From NCBI GenBank assembly GCA_018697205.1, contig JABHTG010000134.1, forward strand, positions 1-11,124: a stretch of 11,124 nucleotides of DNA. Direction: 5' to 3'. The position numbers and the translations under genes were made by a program. The notes beneath the pieces were generated by a model. The model made no database searches. It was not told the origin of the DNA and saw nothing but the letters and a program-made list of their open reading frames with translations. This DNA comes from Nitrospina sp. (lineage in GTDB: Bacteria > Nitrospinota > Nitrospinia > Nitrospinales > VA-1). This document shows, piece after piece, positions 7,708 through 11,124 of the stretch (its first letter is position 1; each line of letters starts with the position of its first letter).

Positions 7708-7736
7708 TTAAAGATATGATTTTTAGAAACCGATAA
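7708..7736 (+). promoter_or_regulatory. Candidate sigma-28 (FliA) class-III flagellar promoter upstream of fliD
   Basis: TAAA at 7709-7712 and ACCGATAA at 7729-7736 compare with the consensus TAAA-N15-GCCGATAA; the spacing here is 16. The element lies ~57 nt upstream of the fliD ATG. Confidence 0.4.
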
Positions 7737-7792
7737 AATCTATGAAGAGAATTGGTGAAAACATTCCCACCTAAAAGGGTCCAATATATTTT

Positions 7793-9415
7793 ATGGCACA
7801 AAACGCAGTATTTGGCATAAATTCTAATCTAGACACTCAGGATATCATCAATAAGATGGTTTCACTGGAAGCTCGGTCGATGGATCTTATCGAAGCCAAA
7901 AAACAAATAGAGCAGCAAAAGTTGTCTAGTTTTCAGGAATTAAAAAATAGGTTACAAACGTTCAAAAGCGTTGTAACCACATTAAATACCGAAAGCCGCT
8001 TTATAGTTAATAAAAGCTCTTTTTCAAATAGCAGCTCTTCAGACAGCAATAAAGTCGTAGATATAACTACCACCAGTTCAGCAACTTCTGGCACATATTC
8101 ACTAATAGTTAATAACCTAGCTACTGAAACAAAAATTATTTCAGAAGGCTTTCCTACTACTACTTCAGAAGTAACAATGAGTAGCTTAGTTGTCACCGTT
8201 GGCGGAGTTGCAAAAACAATTAATGTCGATAGTTCAAATAATACGGTAGATGGCCTAAGGCTAGCTATTAACAACCTAGGGCTTGATGTGAAGGCATCTT
8301 TTTTAAATGATGGCGATGATACTAATCCAATTCGACTTCTTATTTCGGGTAATTTAACTGGAGCAAGCGGGGCTGTAACGGTGGTTAATCCTGTTAGTGG
8401 AATAGGAACAGGAGCATTATCAGGTATAGACTTCAAAACAAAACAATATGCCCAAAATGCTAGTTTTACAATAGATGGTGTTGCTGTTAGTAAATCGTCT
8501 AATACTGTTTCAGACGTTATTAGCGGCGCGGCCTTAAAGCTGCAATCAGCTGGTTCAGGAACTATCTCTCTTTCCACAGATACAGATGCGATAACCAGCA
8601 AAGTCTCTGACTTTGTAGATGAATACAATGAAATTTCTTTATTCCTTCGTGAACAGCTAGCGTTAGATCCAGAGTCTGAGGAGACGGGTGTGTTATTTGG
8701 CAATTTTGCCGTACAAAATTTACAACAAATCCTTCGAAGTTCAATAAGTAGTGAAGTAACTGGTATTAGCGGTGACTATAAATACCTTTCGCAAATCGGT
8801 ATTACCACTGAGTCAGACGGGTCTCTAGTTTTAGATACCGATGACCTTTCTGAAGCATTAATAGACGACATACAGAATGTAAGCCAGCTGTTTTCGAGTA
8901 AAGGAACCGTAACACATTCATCTGTAGCTTATGTCGGCTTCACTAGCGATACAGAGCCGGGATACTACGACTTAAAAGTAGCTAACGGAGTCCCTCAACT
9001 GAGTAACTCAGGGGCCGCTACCTTTGTGAACGCTTCCGGATCTGGAAATTTTTGGGCAGGTTCCTCAGGAGATGCAACTGGCCTTAACTTTCGTATCAGT
9101 AATTTATCTAATGGTGATTATGGACAAGTATGGCTATCAATCGGAGTCGCAGAAATTCTTAATCGCCAGTTGGAGAATATGGTTGACTCTTCATTAAATG
9201 GCCCCTTGGTCACAGAAGTTGACACGATCACCGAGACAGTTGACGATTTCAATATAACACTACTTAACCAAGCAGAACGTCTACTTGAATTCGAAGAAAG
9301 CCTTAAAGCAAAATTTTCCAACTTAGAAATTGTCCTGGGAAGACTTAACGCACAAAGAGATACCTTTAATAGCTCTTTAGCAGGAATTCAAAATATTTTC
9401 TCTCAGAAAAAATAA
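7793..9415 (+). CDS. fliD: Flagellar filament cap protein FliD (hook-associated protein 2)
   Basis: The N-terminal FliD_N-like segment is GINSNLDTQDIINKMVSLEARSMDLIEAKKQIEQQKLSSFQELKNRLQTFKSVVTTLN. The central domain is Ser/Thr-rich and variable. The C-terminal FliD_C-like helix is KAKFSNLEIVLGRLNAQRDTFNSSLAGIQ. Confidence 0.9.
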   Translation: MAQNAVFGINSNLDTQDIINKMVSLEARSMDLIEAKKQIEQQKLSSFQELKNRLQTFKSVVTTLNTESRFIVNKSSFSNSSSSDSNKVVDITTTSSATSGTYSLIVNNLATETKIISEGFPTTTSEVTMSSLVVTVGGVAKTINVDSSNNTVDGLRLAINNLGLDVKASFLNDGDDTNPIRLLISGNLTGASGAVTVVNPVSGIGTGALSGIDFKTKQYAQNASFTIDGVAVSKSSNTVSDVISGAALKLQSAGSGTISLSTDTDAITSKVSDFVDEYNEISLFLREQLALDPESEETGVLFGNFAVQNLQQILRSSISSEVTGISGDYKYLSQIGITTESDGSLVLDTDDLSEALIDDIQNVSQLFSSKGTVTHSSVAYVGFTSDTEPGYYDLKVANGVPQLSNSGAATFVNASGSGNFWAGSSGDATGLNFRISNLSNGDYGQVWLSIGVAEILNRQLENMVDSSLNGPLVTEVDTITETVDDFNITLLNQAERLLEFEESLKAKFSNLEIVLGRLNAQRDTFNSSLAGIQNIFSQKK

Positions 9416-9448
9416 CAACTAATATTTTTCATAAAAAAAAATTCAAAT

Positions 9449-9895
9449 ATGGTTAAGCATAGATTTCATAAAGAATATCATAAAAACGAAATAGCTACTT
9501 CCAGCCAGGCTAAACTAATCGTCATGATGTACGAAGGTGCCTTAAAATTCGTAAATTTGGCTATCGAGGGAATTGACAATCACGACCTATCAAAAAAAGG
9601 GAAATATATCAATAAAACTCACGATATCATAAATGAGCTGTCGTGTGCTTTAGACATGAAAAAAGGTGGTGAGGTGTCCCAAAAACTTGAATCGCTTTAT
9701 CAATTTATTCTTCATCAATTAACCCTAGCTAATATTAAATCAGATCGTAAAACTCTCGAGTCGATAGTAAGTGTTATCACACCACTAATGGAAGCTTGGA
9801 AAGAATTATTAGTGAAAAAGAATACTAACGACAAAGGCAATAGCCACCAAAACATATCTACCCAGCCACACAAAAAGATCGCATCAAAATGTTGA
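9449..9895 (+). CDS. fliS: Flagellin-specific export chaperone FliS
   Basis: The protein is 148 aa. Conserved FliS blocks are LIVMMYEGALKFVNLAIEGI, KGKYINKTHDIINELSCALDMKKGGEVSQKLESLYQFILHQL and PLMEAWKEL. It lies immediately downstream of fliD, with a 33-nt gap. Confidence 0.9.
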   Translation: MVKHRFHKEYHKNEIATSSQAKLIVMMYEGALKFVNLAIEGIDNHDLSKKGKYINKTHDIINELSCALDMKKGGEVSQKLESLYQFILHQLTLANIKSDRKTLESIVSVITPLMEAWKELLVKKNTNDKGNSHQNISTQPHKKIASKC

Positions 9896-10010
9896 CAAAG
9901 CTTACCTATACTTAGTTTTATTTTTTCCCCTTTCTATTATTCTTAAACCTAAGTTTTATTAAATTAATACTACCTTTCCCAAATAGAACCAAATACCGAT
10001 AGATTATTTT

Positions 10011-10039
10011 TTGACAAGGCATACGAGCTATGATAAAAA
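10011..10039 (+). promoter_or_regulatory. Sigma-70-like promoter candidate (TTGACA-N17-TAAAAT) upstream of sucC
   Basis: TTGACA at 10011-10016, a 17-nt spacer and TAAAAT at 10034-10039 lie ~54 nt upstream of the sucC ATG. Confidence 0.35.
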
Positions 10040-10092
10040 TTTTCTTCTGCGTGCAAACTTTATCGTCTTTAATTTTTTTTATTTTTTGAATC

Positions 10093-11124
10093 ATGAATAT
10101 TCACGAATATCAGGCAAAGGAAGTCCTTGCAAAACACGGTGTAGCTGTTCCTAAGGGTGTAGTCATCGATAACCCAGATAAAGCAGAAGATGTTTCTCGC
10201 CAACTAGGAACAGATGTTGTCGTAGTAAAAGCCCAAATTCATGCTGGAGGACGAGGTAAAGGCGGAGGAGTTAAGCTTGCCAATAGCCCAAAAGAAGCCA
10301 AAGTTCATGCAAAAAAAATAATAGGAATGCAATTAGTAACACCCCAAACTGGAACAGAGGGCCGAAAGGTCAAAAAGATTCTAATAGAAGAAGGTATGCC
10401 TATTGATAAAGAACTCTATCTAGGCATCCTTCTGGATAGGCAGAGTAGTCGTGTAATGATTATGGCAAGCGAAGCTGGCGGTATGGCAATCGAAGAGGTC
10501 GCCGAAGAAACTCCGGAAAAAATTATCAAAGAAATAATCGACCCTATTATTGGAGTTAAACCTTATCTAGCTAGAAAAATAGCATTTGCTCTCAATGTAA
10601 AAGGAAACGCTCTTAAACAAATGATTCCTTTAATAATCAATCTTTATCAGGCTTTTCTTAAAGAAGATTGCGATATGCTAGAAATCAACCCTCTTGTCAT
10701 AACAAAAGACGAACGAGTCCTTGTCCTTGATGCAAAAGTTAATATTGACAGTAATGCCCTCTACCGCCAAAAAGAAATTCTTGCATACCGAGATCTAGAT
10801 GAAGAAGATCCCATGGAAGTGGAAGCCAGTAAATTCGACTTAAACTATATTAAACTTGATGGAAATATTGGTTGTATGGTCAATGGGGCTGGCTTAGCCA
10901 TGGCAACTATGGACATAATCAAACATTCAGGTGGCGAACCCGCGAACTTCTTGGATGTTGGAGGCGGAGCTGATGAGGAAAAAATTGAAAATGGATTTCG
11001 CATTCTACTATCAGACCCGCATGTAAAAGGAATATTTATTAATATATTTGGCGGCATTTTACGTTGTGACATTCTGGCTCGAGGTGTTGAGATCGCAGCC
11101 AAAAAACTAAAAGTAAAAATCCCA
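10093..11124 (+). CDS. sucC: Succinyl-CoA synthetase (ADP-forming) beta subunit, 5' partial (344 codons, runs off the window end)
   Basis: The product begins [22 protein letters not shown]...[20 protein letters not shown] and includes the ATP-grasp region. [17 protein letters not shown]...NFLDVGGGA and [13 protein letters not shown] are diagnostic of SucC. The ORF is not in the six-frame track because there is no stop within the window. Confidence 0.9.
   Translation, partial: MNIHEYQAKEVLAKHGVAVPKGVVIDNPDKAEDVSRQLGTDVVVVKAQIHAGGRGKGGGVKLANSPKEAKVHAKKIIGMQLVTPQTGTEGRKVKKILIEEGMPIDKELYLGILLDRQSSRVMIMASEAGGMAIEEVAEETPEKIIKEIIDPIIGVKPYLARKIAFALNVKGNALKQMIPLIINLYQAFLKEDCDMLEINPLVITKDERVLVLDAKVNIDSNALYRQKEILAYRDLDEEDPMEVEASKFDLNYIKLDGNIGCMVNGAGLAMATMDIIKHSGGEPANFLDVGGGADEEKIENGFRILLSDPHVKGIFINIFGGILRCDILARGVEIAAKKLKVKIP

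Noticed and set aside
7933-8703. 256-aa ORF antisense to fliD
   Set aside because: The fliD sense-strand product has clear FliD N- and C-terminal conserved segments. The antisense ORF stays open because of the Ser/Thr-rich low-complexity composition of fliD and has no recognisable motifs.
9896-10010. Terminator downstream of fliS
   Set aside because: No stable GC-containing hairpin followed by a T-run was found by eye. The region is simply AT-rich.
1-11124. CRISPR arrays, IS elements/transposases, integrases, tRNA/rRNA genes
   Set aside because: There are no regularly spaced direct repeats, no terminal inverted repeats flanking an ORF, no transposase or integrase-like translation in any frame, and no tRNA-like cloverleaf candidates.

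Overview
This is an AT-rich window from a Gram-negative-type bacterium, possibly a spirochete or a Bdellovibrio-like organism, though the taxon cannot be assigned from sequence alone. It holds eight confidently coding genes and no rRNA, tRNA, CRISPR array or mobile element. Four co-directional, tightly spaced genes occupy 84..6860 on the + strand. They encode an N-terminally anchored SPFH/band-7 (stomatin/QmcA-like) protein, and a 1111-aa protein with three N-terminal TM helices, a beta-rich module and a ~600-aa Lys/Glu/Gln-rich coiled coil. Its start GTGA-overlaps the preceding gene's stop. Next is a signal-peptide-bearing TPR protein carrying a gluzincin HEYIH...E zinc-peptidase motif, and last is a MoxR-family (AAA_3) AAA+ ATPase. 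No von Willebrand factor A (VWA) or DUF58 gene, the usual MoxR partners, is present in the window. This cluster is the candidate 'undescribed system'. It combines the three activities united in the HflK/C-FtsH complex: an SPFH scaffold, an HExxH zinc protease and an AAA+ ATPase. Here they sit on separate polypeptides together with a giant coiled-coil membrane protein. Convergent with the MoxR gene, with stop codons 1 nt apart, is a 212-aa DEDDy-type 3'-5' exonuclease gene on the - strand. Downstream lie fliD (flagellar cap) and fliS (flagellin chaperone) behind a plausible sigma-28 promoter. The window ends with the 5' 344 codons of sucC (succinyl-CoA synthetase beta subunit), preceded by a TTGACA-N17-TAAAAT promoter-like element. 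All antisense ORFs in the six-frame track look like compositional artefacts.
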